In this document: positions 1-10,350 of the stretch, in pieces
How positions within the stretch are numbered: the stretch's first letter is position 1
How the letters are laid out: each line of letters begins with the position of its first letter
Assembly (NCBI GenBank): GCA_934167665.1
Contig: CAKPLN010000001.1
Span: 341,331 to 405,330, forward strand
Direction: 5' to 3'
Length of the DNA: 64,000 nucleotides
Source: an uncultured Bacilli bacterium
GTDB taxonomy: Bacteria > Bacillota_I > Bacilli_A > RF39 > UBA660
Translations under genes and position numbers: made by a program
Notes under the pieces: model-generated
What the model saw: only the letters and a program-made list of their open reading frames with translations
What the model was told of the DNA's origin: nothing
Database searches by the model: none

Positions 1-2
1 AA

Positions 3-494
3 ATAAAAGATCTAGAAAAAATAACTTTATTAAATTGTAAAGAAAAAATTCCCACTCTAAAAGAAGTCCTTAACTTAGTAAATGGCAAAGTACCACTCTT
101 AATAGAAGTAAAATGCAAAACAGGCGAAAAACCAATTATAAAAACTCTATTAAATGAACTAAATAACTATAATGGTGAAGTCTATATTCAGTCTTTTAAT
201 CCAAAACTAGTAAAAATATTAAAAAGAAAAAAAGCAAGATACAAAATAGGACTATTAATAAATAAAAATACAAATAAAAAGATATGGAAAATAATCAACT
301 ATCCATACCTTTGTATTAAATATATAAAACCAGACTTTATATCTATTCATAAAAGTCTTATTCAAAAAAAATATATTCAAAAATATACCAATAAAATTCC
401 TATTTTGCTTTGGACAATAAGCAATAATGAAGAATTAACAAAACTAAGTTCCAAATATATTTGTATATGTGATAATATTTTTCAAATTAATTAA
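3..494 (+). CDS. Glycerophosphodiester phosphodiesterase, C-terminal part (5' end lies outside the window)
   Basis: Frame-3 ORF open from the window edge to TAA at 492-494. The translation reads ...IPTLKEVLNLVNGKVPLLIEVK..., which resembles the GDPD-family catalytic barrel. Confidence 0.5.
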   Translation: MKDLEKITLLNCKEKIPTLKEVLNLVNGKVPLLIEVKCKTGEKPIIKTLLNELNNYNGEVYIQSFNPKLVKILKRKKARYKIGLLINKNTNKKIWKIINYPYLCIKYIKPDFISIHKSLIQKKYIQKYTNKIPILLWTISNNEELTKLSSKYICICDNIFQIN

Positions 495-496
495 TC

Positions 497-1387
497 CTAC
501 CTCTTAATATACTGTCGATAAGATACATAATTATATCCATTTGTTGTTGGAACATCTAATGGTAAAATATAAAAATCACTGGCAAATATTCTTTCTTCAA
601 GGTTAATGCCTTCATCAGAATGTCTACTTCTAAAACGAGATAGAATAACTCTACCACCATTATTTAAAATTCTCCCTAAATTGTCTCTAGCAACAACTAA
701 TTTACTTTTATCTCTATTATAATCTAATATATTAGAAATAAAGGCCAAATCATATTTCTTATCTAGTTCAATTTCTTCAGAACAAATATCTAATGGCCTA
801 AAGTTTAACTCCCTAGCAGAAAGTTTTTGTACTAGTTTTCTTTTTTTCATTTGATAATTAACTTTGGGAGCAAAGACATTAACAAAAAGAGGACTATAAT
901 ATAGTTTTTCATCAGGAAATAATTCTAAGTATTTCTTCCAAAACACTTCACTTTCCTCTTCATCTTTCGAAATAGCCAAATCATGATAATAAATAATTCC
1001 AAATAAATCATCATAACTCAATTTAGCAGCATCAACATAGCCATGTTGTAATAACCACTTACGTAAATGATAATAACGATATGTTAGAGGATTTATATCA
1101 AAAGTATCAACTACACTAGCACCAGCATCAATAGCTGAAAACAAATAATCAGAAGATGATAAAACAGAAAAAACTCTCTTGTTCATAACGTCGGTATTAT
1201 TAAATAACAGCTCCAAATCTTCATTAGTTCTAGAATACAAAAAACTAAACACATCAGCATGACGTCTAACTAGCGCATAATCAATATCCTCTTGTAATGT
1301 TCGCATACAAAGTACCACTTTTCTATAAAGAATCCCCTCATTAAAAATTTCACGACATATTATAACATAAACTTTTAAAATATACAA
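497..1387 (-). CDS. DUF3419/BtaA-like SAM-dependent enzyme (putative)
   Basis: YSRTNEDLELL ... FSVLSSSDYLFSAIDAGASVVDTFDINP resembles the conserved N-terminal region of DUF3419. The true start is probably the internal Met (MRTLQED). Confidence 0.35.
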   Translation of the reverse strand: MYILKVYVIICREIFNEGILYRKVVLCMRTLQEDIDYALVRRHADVFSFLYSRTNEDLELLFNNTDVMNKRVFSVLSSSDYLFSAIDAGASVVDTFDINPLTYRYYHLRKWLLQHGYVDAAKLSYDDLFGIIYYHDLAISKDEEESEVFWKKYLELFPDEKLYYSPLFVNVFAPKVNYQMKKRKLVQKLSARELNFRPLDICSEEIELDKKYDLAFISNILDYNRDKSKLVVARDNLGRILNNGGRVILSRFRSRHSDEGINLEERIFASDFYILPLDVPTTNGYNYVSYRQYIKR

Positions 1388-1448
1388 AACTTTTTGAAAC
1401 TAAAAAATTCCTAAAGTGATAAACTAATCGCTTTAAGAATTTTAAATT

Positions 1449-1976
1449 CTAAACTTTTGGTCCTAACCAATTTTGAAACTTATCAGTTAAATTATCAAGC
1501 TGACTAGTACCAATAACTACATACTCATCAGTTAAATACATATCATCTAAAGGTATAGGATTACATCCTTCTCCATCATCACTTAAATCATTTAACTCAT
1601 CTATAGAAAACATACTACCACAATTTTGACATTGTAATTTATCACCTACTTATACAAAATAAGCATAAGGAGCCCCACTACAGCTTTGACAAGTATTAAC
1701 AACCACTACAATCTCACCCCTAGAACCTTTAAGTGCAACAAGTCCTACCTGTACATCATCAAGTGCATAATTTACATACAAAGCTCAATCTGTAATATAA
1801 TTTTTCTTTATTAAAACCTTGCCATCATCAACTAAAGCTTCAATAACCTTCCCATTAATATTTTTTAAATTAGCAGGTCTATTACCATTATTAGTATTAT
1901 TAACCTCGCTACCACAACCACTAAACAAGAACAAACTAAATACAAGTATAAATATAATTTTATAATACTTCTTCAT
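1449..1976 (-). pseudogene. Lipoprotein with a 4-Cys (CxxC...CxxC) DUF2318-like domain, interrupted by an in-frame TGA (1785-1787) and an in-frame TAA
   Basis: ORF 1785-1976 encodes a signal peptide plus a lipobox Cys (FSGCGS). The same frame continues past the TGA as ALYVNYALDD...NTCQSCSGAPYAYFV[TAA]VGDKLQCQNCGSMF...GPKV. Confidence 0.5.
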
Positions 1977-1978
1977 AT

Positions 1979-2209
1979 TTATTTTTCCTCAAATGAAATA
2001 ACAGAATAATCAAGATCTTTAATTTTTGAAGAAATTAAATCTTTATCAACCTCATCATTATAGAAAACAGTAGCACTTTTATCTTTTAAATCAACACTGA
2101 CCTTTACAACATTATTAATACCAAGTAAAGTGCTTTTAACTTTTTCAGCGCAATGATTACACATCATCCCTTCAATATAAACTTTAAGTTTTTTATTTTT
2201 ATTAAACAT
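1979..2209 (-). CDS. copZ: Copper chaperone CopZ (HMA domain, MxCxxC)
   Basis: GMMCNHCAEKVKSTL metal-binding motif. It lies immediately downstream of copA. Confidence 0.8.
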   Translation of the reverse strand: MFNKNKKLKVYIEGMMCNHCAEKVKSTLLGINNVVKVSVDLKDKSATVFYNDEVDKDLISSKIKDLDYSVISFEEK

Positions 2210-2210
2210 A

Positions 2211-4394
2211 TTATCTTCTCCTCCATTTCTTTAATCTTAAAGCATTTAAAACAACCGTTAAACTAGATAATGTCATAGTTCCACCAGCAATCATAGGATT
2301 AATTTCTATACCTAACCCCCTAAATAACCCCATAGCTATTGGTACCATACAAGCATTATAGAAAAATGCCCAAAATAAATTTTGTTTTATATTCTTAATT
2401 GTTTTAAAACTAATATCCAATAAATTAGGAATATCACTCAAATTATTTCTCAATAAAATAACACTTGCTGAATTAAAAGCAATATCCGTACCATTCTTTA
2501 AACTAACTCCAATATCAGCCAGTGCCAAACTAGGAGCATCATTTATACCATCACCAATCATCATAACTTTCTTAGTCTTTTTCAAATCTCTTATAACATC
2601 AGCCTTTTCTTTAGGTAAAACATTAGCAATAACTTTACTGATTCCAACATTAGAAGCAATAATAGAAGCTGTCTTATCATTATCACCCGTTAACATAATC
2701 ACCTCTTTACCCATACCTTTAAGTTCCTCTATAGCAAGCTTTGCTTCATCTCTAACCACATCTTTTACCCCTGCCATTGCCAAAACTTCTTTATTTTTAA
2801 ACAAATAGACAATACTGCACCCATCTTCTTGTAATTTCCTCTCATCATCTACATATTGATTAGAAACTTCAAGCATTGAAAATATCTTATTATTACCAAC
2901 TAAATATTTTTCATTATCAACATAACCACTTAAACCTACCCCTTCAATATTTTTATAATCCTTAACTTTTAAGTTCTTATATTTGCCCTTAAAAGCACTA
3001 GCAATAGGATGAGAAGAATTACTTTCTAAAGAAGAAATAATATTTAAAACCTCTTTTTCAGAAAGTTCACCATAATTAAATAATTTACTAACTTTAAGTG
3101 TCCCATATGTCAAAGTACCAGTTTTATCAAAAACAATAGTATCAACTTTATGAGCATTTTCTAACGTCTCACTATTTTTAACTAAAATACCATTAGTAGC
3201 ACAAACGCCTTCACTTATAACGATTGCTAAAGGTGTTGCTAAACCAAGCGCACATGGGCAAGCAACAACCAACACGCTTACAAAAGAAACAAAAGCTTCC
3301 TTAACTTCAAAGCCTAAGATTAAATATCCCAAAAAAGTAACTACTGAAATAGCTATTATTACCGGTACAAAAATACCACAAACTCTATCAGCCACTCTAG
3401 ATATTGGAGCTTTAGTATTAGTTGCCTCAACTACCAATCTAACAATTTCTGAGACAGTTGAATCTTTCCCAATCTTTTCAGCACGATAAGATAAAACTCC
3501 ATCAATATTTATTGAACCAGCTACTACCTTACTAGAAATCATCTTTTTAACAGGGCTTGATTCCCCACTTATAAAAGATTCATCAACATAACTTTCACCA
3601 TCAACAACCTCTCCATCAACAGCAATCCTCATTCCCGGCTTAATAACTAAAATATCTCCTTGTTTAACCATATCCAAAGATATAGCTTTAATACTATCAC
3701 CATTTTTAATATAAGCTTCCTTAGGTGTAATAGACACTAATCCCTTAATAGCTTCCTTAGTTTTTTCTTTATTTATATCATCAATAAATCTACCCAATTT
3801 AACTAAATACAAAATTATACAGATACTTTCAAAATATAAATTATCAACTGCCATATTATTACCTGAAAAGATCAAGATCATATTATAAAAACTATATCCA
3901 AAACTAAAAATTACTCCTAATGTTACTAAAGAATCCATATTAGGTTCCCTATGAAATAAATTTTTAATACCACTTTTTATTATATCATTACCAAAAAATA
4001 TAAAATATATAACGAACAAGCATAAACATACAGAATAATTAATTGGATAGGAAGCCATATTTAAAAATGGTATACTAGGAAGTCCAATCATATGAGACAT
4101 AGATATATATAAAACAAAAAAAGCTATCAATCCATTAAAAATATAATATGTTTTATTACTATCTTTACTATCATCATCCTCGACATATAGTCCCATAGAT
4201 TTAAATCCTGCTTCTTTTACAAAACGATTTAAATCATCAACTGTAAGAAAATCTTCATACTCAATACTAGCTGTTGCCATTACTAAGTTAACTAAGGCAT
4301 CATTTATACCCTTCTGCTTCTTTAAATATTTCTCCAATCCAGAAGAACAAGCACTACATGTCATACCTTCAATTTTTAAAATTATTTTATTCAT
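2211..4394 (-). CDS. copA: Copper-translocating P1B-type ATPase
   Basis: N-terminal HMA (GMTCSACSSG), a CPC motif (VVACPCALGLATP), DKTGTLT phosphorylation site, and GDGINDAP. Confidence 0.9.
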   Translation of the reverse strand: MNKIILKIEGMTCSACSSGLEKYLKKQKGINDALVNLVMATASIEYEDFLTVDDLNRFVKEAGFKSMGLYVEDDDSKDSNKTYYIFNGLIAFFVLYISMSHMIGLPSIPFLNMASYPINYSVCLCLFVIYFIFFGNDIIKSGIKNLFHREPNMDSLVTLGVIFSFGYSFYNMILIFSGNNMAVDNLYFESICIILYLVKLGRFIDDINKEKTKEAIKGLVSITPKEAYIKNGDSIKAISLDMVKQGDILVIKPGMRIAVDGEVVDGESYVDESFISGESSPVKKMISSKVVAGSINIDGVLSYRAEKIGKDSTVSEIVRLVVEATNTKAPISRVADRVCGIFVPVIIAISVVTFLGYLILGFEVKEAFVSFVSVLVVACPCALGLATPLAIVISEGVCATNGILVKNSETLENAHKVDTIVFDKTGTLTYGTLKVSKLFNYGELSEKEVLNIISSLESNSSHPIASAFKGKYKNLKVKDYKNIEGVGLSGYVDNEKYLVGNNKIFSMLEVSNQYVDDERKLQEDGCSIVYLFKNKEVLAMAGVKDVVRDEAKLAIEELKGMGKEVIMLTGDNDKTASIIASNVGISKVIANVLPKEKADVIRDLKKTKKVMMIGDGINDAPSLALADIGVSLKNGTDIAFNSASVILLRNNLSDIPNLLDISFKTIKNIKQNLFWAFFYNACMVPIAMGLFRGLGIEINPMIAGGTMTLSSLTVVLNALRLKKWRRR

Positions 4395-4559
4395 ACCATC
4401 ACCTCGAAATAAGATTTATTATCTATTACCTTAATAGTATTTTGTATCATATTCATCCAACAATTCATAGAAAATGTCCCAACTTCATTAGGCATAAATT
4501 CAATTACATTTTCCCCTTCAACAAGCTTATGCTTAATATTATATTCTTCCATAAAGATT

Positions 4560-5654
4560 TCAATTACATCCAGTTAAATACATCTTATCAACCTCTACTA
4601 TTAATTTTGTTTTAATTCCTTTTTGAATAACAATATTATCATAGCTATCATAAGCTAAAGAAATTTTAACCTCTTGATAATCATCATAAATTGTTGAGGC
4701 CACATAGTCACTATAATCATTAGAACTATTAATATTTACGCCTATTGTTCCAAAACATCTAAATAACATATTAAAAGATAAAATTATAATGAGTACAGTA
4801 GCTACTTTATTAAAAACTACTCTCATCCTTCCACTAAAATAGTTAAATATAGTACCAACAAAAAACATAAGTGGAGCCGTACCCAAAGCAAATAACCCCA
4901 TAGCTAAAAAGCCTGATATAAAAGATCCTGTACCTAAAGCATAAATTTAATGGTCAACACGGCATTAAACCATTTATTAATCCAATAATAAAGGGAATGC
5001 TACTTTTAGTTTTATAACCTTTAAATCTAGGTATTTTTAATCTAATAATTTCCATCATTTTTAAAGCCATTAAAAGCATAAAGATAGAAGCTATAATCAT
5101 AACAATTCCATTTACCATATAATTAATTGAAATAACACTTCCAATTAAACCAACTATCCACTAATGACACTATAGGAGATAACTCGCCCTAAATTATAAA
5201 AAAAGGGCCTTTCAAATTTCTCACTTCTATCAGTACTATAACACACTAACAAATTAATAGCACCACATATGCTAATACAATGAATACTAGTTAATACACC
5301 TATTAAAAAGAGCATTCCATAAGTTGTATTACTGTCAATTGTTGGAATAGCATTGAATATATTAAAACCAAATAGTTTATGTAACCCATAACCTAACAAT
5401 AAAATAAAAAGAAAAATAAGAACAAATTGAACTAATCACAATCCAAACTTCAATTGTTTTTTATCAGTTGCGATTAAATTAGAATTCGTAATATAGCCTA
5501 AATCATTTATAGAATCAATTATTTTAGAAACATCAATTTCATCACAACATTCAATACAAGCTATATTTCCATCAACAAATGCCTTCTCAACTCCATCAAG
5601 CTTTAATAATTCTAAAATAATTTTTTTACGACAATGAATTAATATTATTTTCAA
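4560..5654 (-). pseudogene. HMA-like domain fused to a DsbD_2/CcdA-like membrane protein, disrupted by an in-frame TGA (5436-5438), a TAG (5154-5156) and a frameshift near 4950
   Basis: ORFs 5436-5654, 5154-5399 and 4560-4901 join in one frame across the TGA (...KQLKFGL[TGA]LVQFVLIFLF...). An LMPC / ALGTGS motif pair is split between two frames. Confidence 0.45.
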
Positions 5655-5777
5655 TATAATATTTTATAATTCCATCCCCCGTAACGCGCTCTAGACTTTT
5701 TCTGGAATATTCTCGCTCAACAATATGATGCTTTTTTCTTAATATCTTTTTAAAATTATACATATTATTAAGTTCAT

Positions 5778-6014
5778 TTATCTTCTAATCTTTAAACTGA
5801 TCCTAGAAACCTCATCATCCTGTTTTCTAATAATAGTTTTTATAATCAAAAAATAAACAATTATTGGCAACAAGAAAAACACAACACTAATCTCTTGAAT
5901 CATTTTATTAGTAAGTGAAGTTAAAAGAAGAATCCTATATGCTAAATAATAACTAGCATAACACGCCAATCCAATAAGTACTGCTTTTTGCCATTTTTTC
6001 ATAACAATAAACAC
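5778..6014 (-). CDS. Small membrane protein (2 TM), hypothetical
   Basis: ORF with two hydrophobic helices. It is the last gene of a three-gene minus-strand unit. Confidence 0.3.
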   Translation of the reverse strand: MFIVMKKWQKAVLIGLACYASYYLAYRILLLTSLTNKMIQEISVVFFLLPIIVYFLIIKTIIRKQDDEVSRISLKIRR

Positions 6015-6022
6015 CTCTACTA

Positions 6023-6415
6023 TTAATTAAATCTTTTACCAGTAGCCTTAACACAGTCAGCAACGCTTTTAAGTGAATCAGCTAATTTAAGAGCTTCTTC
6101 TGTTTGCATTTCAGCGGTACCATTTTTAGCCAAATCATCTATTTTATTATTTACTATCTTATTAGCTGTTTTAGTAGCCTGCCAAATAACACCCAACACT
6201 GCTTCATCAACACCAATCACAGGATCTGGAACAACCAAATCTATAACAAACGCAACAAGCGACACAGTCTTGGCTGCACTTAAAATCTTATTTGTTGTCT
6301 CTAAACTTGCAATTTTCAAAGCCGTTTGATCAGTCATTTCTGCATTATTATATTTTTCTTTAATTTTATTAATTACCTCTTTCTTTTCAGGTACTATTAC
6401 CGTTTTTCTAGCCAT
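6023..6415 (-). CDS. Hypothetical protein
   Basis: 130 aa ORF. It overlaps the upstream gene by 8 nt, which suggests translational coupling. Confidence 0.35.
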   Translation of the reverse strand: MARKTVIVPEKKEVINKIKEKYNNAEMTDQTALKIASLETTNKILSAAKTVSLVAFVIDLVVPDPVIGVDEAVLGVIWQATKTANKIVNNKIDDLAKNGTAEMQTEEALKLADSLKSVADCVKATGKRFN

Positions 6416-6707
6416 TATTCTTTCCTCCTATTTGATTTGCAATTTCATTATAAAATGCCACTACTAAATCAACTTCCTCTTCCAAAATATCTAAAACCTT
6501 AACTTTACCATCTTCTCTTACAACTTCTCCTAATAAAACAGCTCCATTTTCATTATCAGGATTATCATTAACCAAAGAATACATAGCATATTCTTTATTT
6601 AAAGCCTCAACTCTAAAAGCCCCTAAAATTGAAACCATTATAGTATCACCGTTTTCACTAACTATTTTATAACCTTCACTCATTAATATCACCCTTCTGT
6701 ACATCAT
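6408..6707 (-). CDS. DUF1292-like small acidic protein
   Basis: About 100 aa with ...IMVSILGAFRVEALNKEYAMYSL...VLLGEVVREDGKVKVLDILEEE..., the pattern typical of DUF1292. Confidence 0.4.
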   Translation of the reverse strand: MMYRRVILMSEGYKIVSENGDTIMVSILGAFRVEALNKEYAMYSLVNDNPDNENGAVLLGEVVREDGKVKVLDILEEEVDLVVAFYNEIANQIGGKNNG

Positions 6708-6812
6708 AACTAGTAATATAGCCTATATACACTATACCATATAACAATTATAAAGAAAATATTTATAACATTTTAACACAGTAAAATAATATTACCTTAT
6801 AAATTTTCTTAG

Positions 6813-6841
6813 TTGAAATAAATATACTAAATTTATATAAT
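6813..6841 (+). promoter_or_regulatory. Sigma-A-type promoter: TTGAAA, 17 nt spacer, TATAAT
   Basis: -35 at 6813-6818, a 17 nt spacer, -10 at 6836-6841, then AGAGGTG as the ribosome-binding site and an ATG at 6864. Confidence 0.55.
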
Positions 6842-6863
6842 TATACTAGAGGTGTTAAAAATT

Positions 6864-7856
6864 ATGGAAGAATTTATAAAGAAAGTCTATTCAAAGACTC
6901 TACTAATTACAGGAATTATTATTTGTTCTATTGGTATCTTATTTGGGGGATTATTTTATTTAGCTTTAAGCACTCAAGAAGCTATATATTTAGATAAAGT
7001 AACAGATGAATTTACTTATAGTAAAGTTGACGTTGATTTACTTGATGATTATTTTGCTACTCAAAAATTAGATACTAAAATTTTAAAATACTACTTAGCC
7101 TACGATAATCAAGATAAACCATACGTAGTAGTTCTTGATGATGTTAATTACAATTTATTAAAAGATATTCAAGACTACTCTTTCGGTCTTACAGATACTA
7201 AACCAAAAACTTTAACTATTTATGGTCAATCTAAAAAAATCGAAGATGAAGCCTATGAACTACTAAAAGATTACTTAAGTGATGATGAATACACTTATAG
7301 TATAACGCAAATTAAAAATGCCGTTGGTACCTACTATTTAGACACATATTATAGTCCAGAAGAAGATACTAATTTCATTCTTATATTTAGTGGAACCATC
7401 ATTACAATAGGATTAATACTTATAATTATTTATATTGTTAGAATTAAAAAAAGTAAAAAACTAATGGAAAAGTACAGTGATAAAATAGAAAGAGTTATTA
7501 ATGATGTTAATAATGGCAAAGGTATTTATAATAAAACATGTAAAGTATTCTTAACTAATGACTATATTATAAGTTACGGAGCCGGATTAAATGTTATTGA
7601 AACTAAAGACTTATTATGGATTTATCAATTCACAATGAGACAAAACGGCATATCTACAAATAAAATACTATATGGTGTTAATAAATTAGGAAAAAGTACA
7701 ACCATTACAACTATAAATGGTATGAGTAAAAAACAAAATAAGGCATTAGATGAATTATATCAAGACATTATAAATATGCTACCTGATATCTTATATGGTT
7801 ATAGTAAAGAAAATAAAGATAAAATTAAAGAACTAACCAGAAAAAATAATCTATAG
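6864..7856 (+). CDS. Membrane protein (TM, extracytoplasmic domain, TM, cytoplasmic domain), hypothetical
   Basis: The ORF track starts at 6852 (GTG). The ATG at 6864 (MEEFIKK) has the better ribosome-binding site. Confidence 0.5.
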   Translation: MEEFIKKVYSKTLLITGIIICSIGILFGGLFYLALSTQEAIYLDKVTDEFTYSKVDVDLLDDYFATQKLDTKILKYYLAYDNQDKPYVVVLDDVNYNLLKDIQDYSFGLTDTKPKTLTIYGQSKKIEDEAYELLKDYLSDDEYTYSITQIKNAVGTYYLDTYYSPEEDTNFILIFSGTIITIGLILIIIYIVRIKKSKKLMEKYSDKIERVINDVNNGKGIYNKTCKVFLTNDYIISYGAGLNVIETKDLLWIYQFTMRQNGISTNKILYGVNKLGKSTTITTINGMSKKQNKALDELYQDIINMLPDILYGYSKENKDKIKELTRKNNL

Positions 7857-7865
7857 AAAAAAGGA

Positions 7866-7896
7866 AGATAAATTTATCTTCCTTTTACATTACTTA
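7866..7896. terminator. Bidirectional rho-independent terminator
   Basis: Hairpin GGAAGATAAATTTATCTTCC flanked by an A-run and a T-run, between convergent genes. Confidence 0.6.
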
Positions 7897-8498
7897 GTAA
7901 GTACTTTCTTCTGCCAACTTCTCTTCTGGCATTTTGGACATTTCATATATCTTGTTCTATTAATATGCATAGCCCATAAAACATTAGAATAAGTTGGTAC
8001 ATATTTATGATGACACTTTCTACATTCATAATAACCAACTTGTTGTTCTATTCTAAGAGCTAAAAGACATTCTATAAATACAAAAACAGTTAATATCATT
8101 ATAATTAAAACTCTAGTACTATCTTGCATATTAGAAAAAGAAACTATCATAACCATAATTAAATACATAATAATACTTATTATTCCCATTATAACTTCAA
8201 TATTTAATAGTCTCTTATCAGACTCTTCCTTTTGTTTTTTTAATGTAAGTAAATTTTCTTCAGCTACTTTATTATAATTTTCCATTTCTATCCTCTCTCC
8301 ACTCAACAATTCGTTTACATTAATTCCAAGTACACTACACAATTCAATCATTATCGATGAATCTGGCATGGCTCTTCCATTTTCCCACTTAGATACAGCT
8401 CTATCAGTAATATTTAACTTTTCGGCCAGTTGCATCTGTGTTAAATTTTTTCCCCTTCTACACTCTGCGATAAACCTTCCAATCTTAACTTGATCCAA
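7890..8498 (-). CDS. Membrane-tethered XRE-family regulator: N-terminal HTH, 2 TM, C-terminal zinc ribbon
   Basis: HTH_XRE (LTQMQLAEKLNITDRAVSKWENG), two hydrophobic helices, then CRKC...CPKC. Confidence 0.7.
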   Translation of the reverse strand: MDQVKIGRFIAECRRGKNLTQMQLAEKLNITDRAVSKWENGRAMPDSSIMIELCSVLGINVNELLSGERIEMENYNKVAEENLLTLKKQKEESDKRLLNIEVIMGIISIIMYLIMVMIVSFSNMQDSTRVLIIMILTVFVFIECLLALRIEQQVGYYECRKCHHKYVPTYSNVLWAMHINRTRYMKCPKCQKRSWQKKVLTK

Positions 8499-8577
8499 AT
8501 CTAATTACCTCCTTCATCATTAGTGTAAGCTATTAAAATAAAAATATCTACATACCATTAGTTGAGTTCAAAAATAA

Positions 8578-8605
8578 AAAGGCAAATAATAACTTGCCTC
8601 CTAAT
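8578..8605 (-). terminator. Rho-independent terminator downstream of the 8612-9136 gene
   Basis: Hairpin AGGCAAGTTATTATTTGCCT plus a T-run on the minus strand. Confidence 0.5.
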
Positions 8606-8611
8606 AATAAA

Positions 8612-9136
8612 TTATAATAATCGTTTAGAATAGCTATATAAACCGACTCTTGCACTTTTTCTAAGCCATTCATCAGCTGCTATATCATTAACAGTAATAG
8701 TATCACCATTTTCAAGCCTAGAATATCTATTACCAGCTTCTATTACTCCTAGCAATGAAATATCATCTTCATCACCATAAGCTTCAAATACTCTTGATAA
8801 ACTAGCATTAAATTTTTCATCATCATTAAATATCACTGTGCCTTCAGCATTCATCGCATAGCAACTTATAGGATCAGCACCAAATGAAGAAAAGAAAAAA
8901 TCATTTGTAGGAGCAACTGGTCCTAAAGCTGTTTTTATAAAACTCTCATCAAATAATTTACCAAATCTAAAAACATTACTATGATTTGGATAAGCACAAG
9001 TATAATAAGAATAAACTAAATACACTAAACAATTTAATTTAAGTGGTGTAATTTTTATCCCCCTAGAATTAGCACATCTTAATATAGAATTACTAACAGT
9101 ACAACCATACGAATTCATACATATTTCCCCCAACAA
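8612..9136 (-). CDS. Panacea/DUF4065-like domain protein (SocA-like putative antitoxin domain)
   Basis: TPLKLNCLVYLVYSYYTCAY...LFDESFIKTALGPVAPT resembles the Panacea core (KLQKLLYxAQ...LFDExxEAWxxGPVxP). Confidence 0.4.
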   Translation of the reverse strand: MLGEICMNSYGCTVSNSILRCANSRGIKITPLKLNCLVYLVYSYYTCAYPNHSNVFRFGKLFDESFIKTALGPVAPTNDFFFSSFGADPISCYAMNAEGTVIFNDDEKFNASLSRVFEAYGDEDDISLLGVIEAGNRYSRLENGDTITVNDIAADEWLRKSARVGLYSYSKRLL

Positions 9137-9219
9137 CTATAAAAGTACTACTTATAATATGACAAATTCTAATAAAAGTCAACATCATACTACAACCAAT
9201 TTATATAACATAATACTTA

Positions 9220-10350
9220 CTATGCTATCTTTCTTTTCTTTAAAGATATAATTCCAGCTACCAATATAAAAACTATAGTTGTAATAACTAACACTACAAC
9301 ATTTAATAATATTGGTTTTAAAGTTACTAATGATATTTTTTCAATACCAACCAACTTATCTATAGCATCAATATAATAATAGTTTGGTATAAACTTTGAA
9401 ATTTTCAAAACGTTAGCAGGTAAAAATTCAAGTCTAACAAAAGATCCACATAAAAATGACGTACCCAAACTAATTACATTAATTATTCCACTAATAGCAT
9501 TTTTATTACTTATCAAATTAGCAACTAAAAATCCAATAGCTAAGCAATAAAGTAAGAATATAAATGATAAAGCAATTATACATAAACCATTAGCAGTCAA
9601 CATAACCTTGCCAACAATTATAAATGATAATAAAACATATATTAACCAAATAATAATTCCAAATAATAAGCTAGATAATAATAACTGTTTATTTAATTTA
9701 TTATAATTCATACTACTTATAATATTTCTTTTTAAAATATTCTTTTCCCTAAAGATAGAAATTATTACAACCAATGTATAAATACAACCAGCTAATAATG
9801 AATAGTTCATAAATGAATAATAAAATTCTGCTTTAGATAACTTATCTGTATCAAGACTTGAACTAAGTTCAACCTTAGTATTGGTTTTTAATGAACTATC
9901 CATTTTCAAAATTAAATCATCAACGTCACGCTCATTATAGATATCAAGTAAACTTAAATACTTATTAAGTAAAATAGAAGCTAAACTAGATCCATAATCA
10001 TCGACGCTTTTATATTCAATCTCTTTCATATTACCATTAATTACACTACCTTCAAATCCCCCAGATATATAAATCACATAACTAGAAAAACGATAAAACA
10101 ATTCATCTTCAACATTATCTACATTTTCTTTTACATTAGCATTATCTTTAAAATATTTTTTTAAATGCCTACTAAGTTTTGTATTATCATTATCAACTAT
10201 TATTACATCAGGTTTTACATCGACATAATTCATATTAGCGTTATCACTAGAAATAGTTATACAAGTAAAAGTAATAAGTAACACAGTATATAAAATTAAT
10301 TGTCCCTTATTTTTATTTACTAGTTTTAAGAATGTTTTAAATACTGTCAT
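9220..10350 (-). CDS. ABC-2 type transporter permease
   Basis: N-terminal TM, a large extracytoplasmic loop, then a cluster of 5 TM helices. It overlaps the upstream permease. Confidence 0.6.
   Translation of the reverse strand: MTVFKTFLKLVNKNKGQLILYTVLLITFTCITISSDNANMNYVDVKPDVIIVDNDNTKLSRHLKKYFKDNANVKENVDNVEDELFYRFSSYVIYISGGFEGSVINGNMKEIEYKSVDDYGSSLASILLNKYLSLLDIYNERDVDDLILKMDSSLKTNTKVELSSSLDTDKLSKAEFYYSFMNYSLLAGCIYTLVVIISIFREKNILKRNIISSMNYNKLNKQLLLSSLLFGIIIWLIYVLLSFIIVGKVMLTANGLCIIALSFIFLLYCLAIGFLVANLISNKNAISGIINVISLGTSFLCGSFVRLEFLPANVLKISKFIPNYYYIDAIDKLVGIEKISLVTLKPILLNVVVLVITTIVFILVAGIISLKKRKIA

Noticed and set aside
4358-4615. 85 aa + strand ORF overlapping the copA start. Similar shadow ORFs lie inside ftsK (48662-48871, 49052-49294, 50429-50659), inside hemW (42545-42763) and in 10503-10736, 25887-26096 and 29522-29707
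   Set aside because: These are antisense or shadow ORFs inside well-supported genes. Their composition is driven by the opposite-strand coding sequence.
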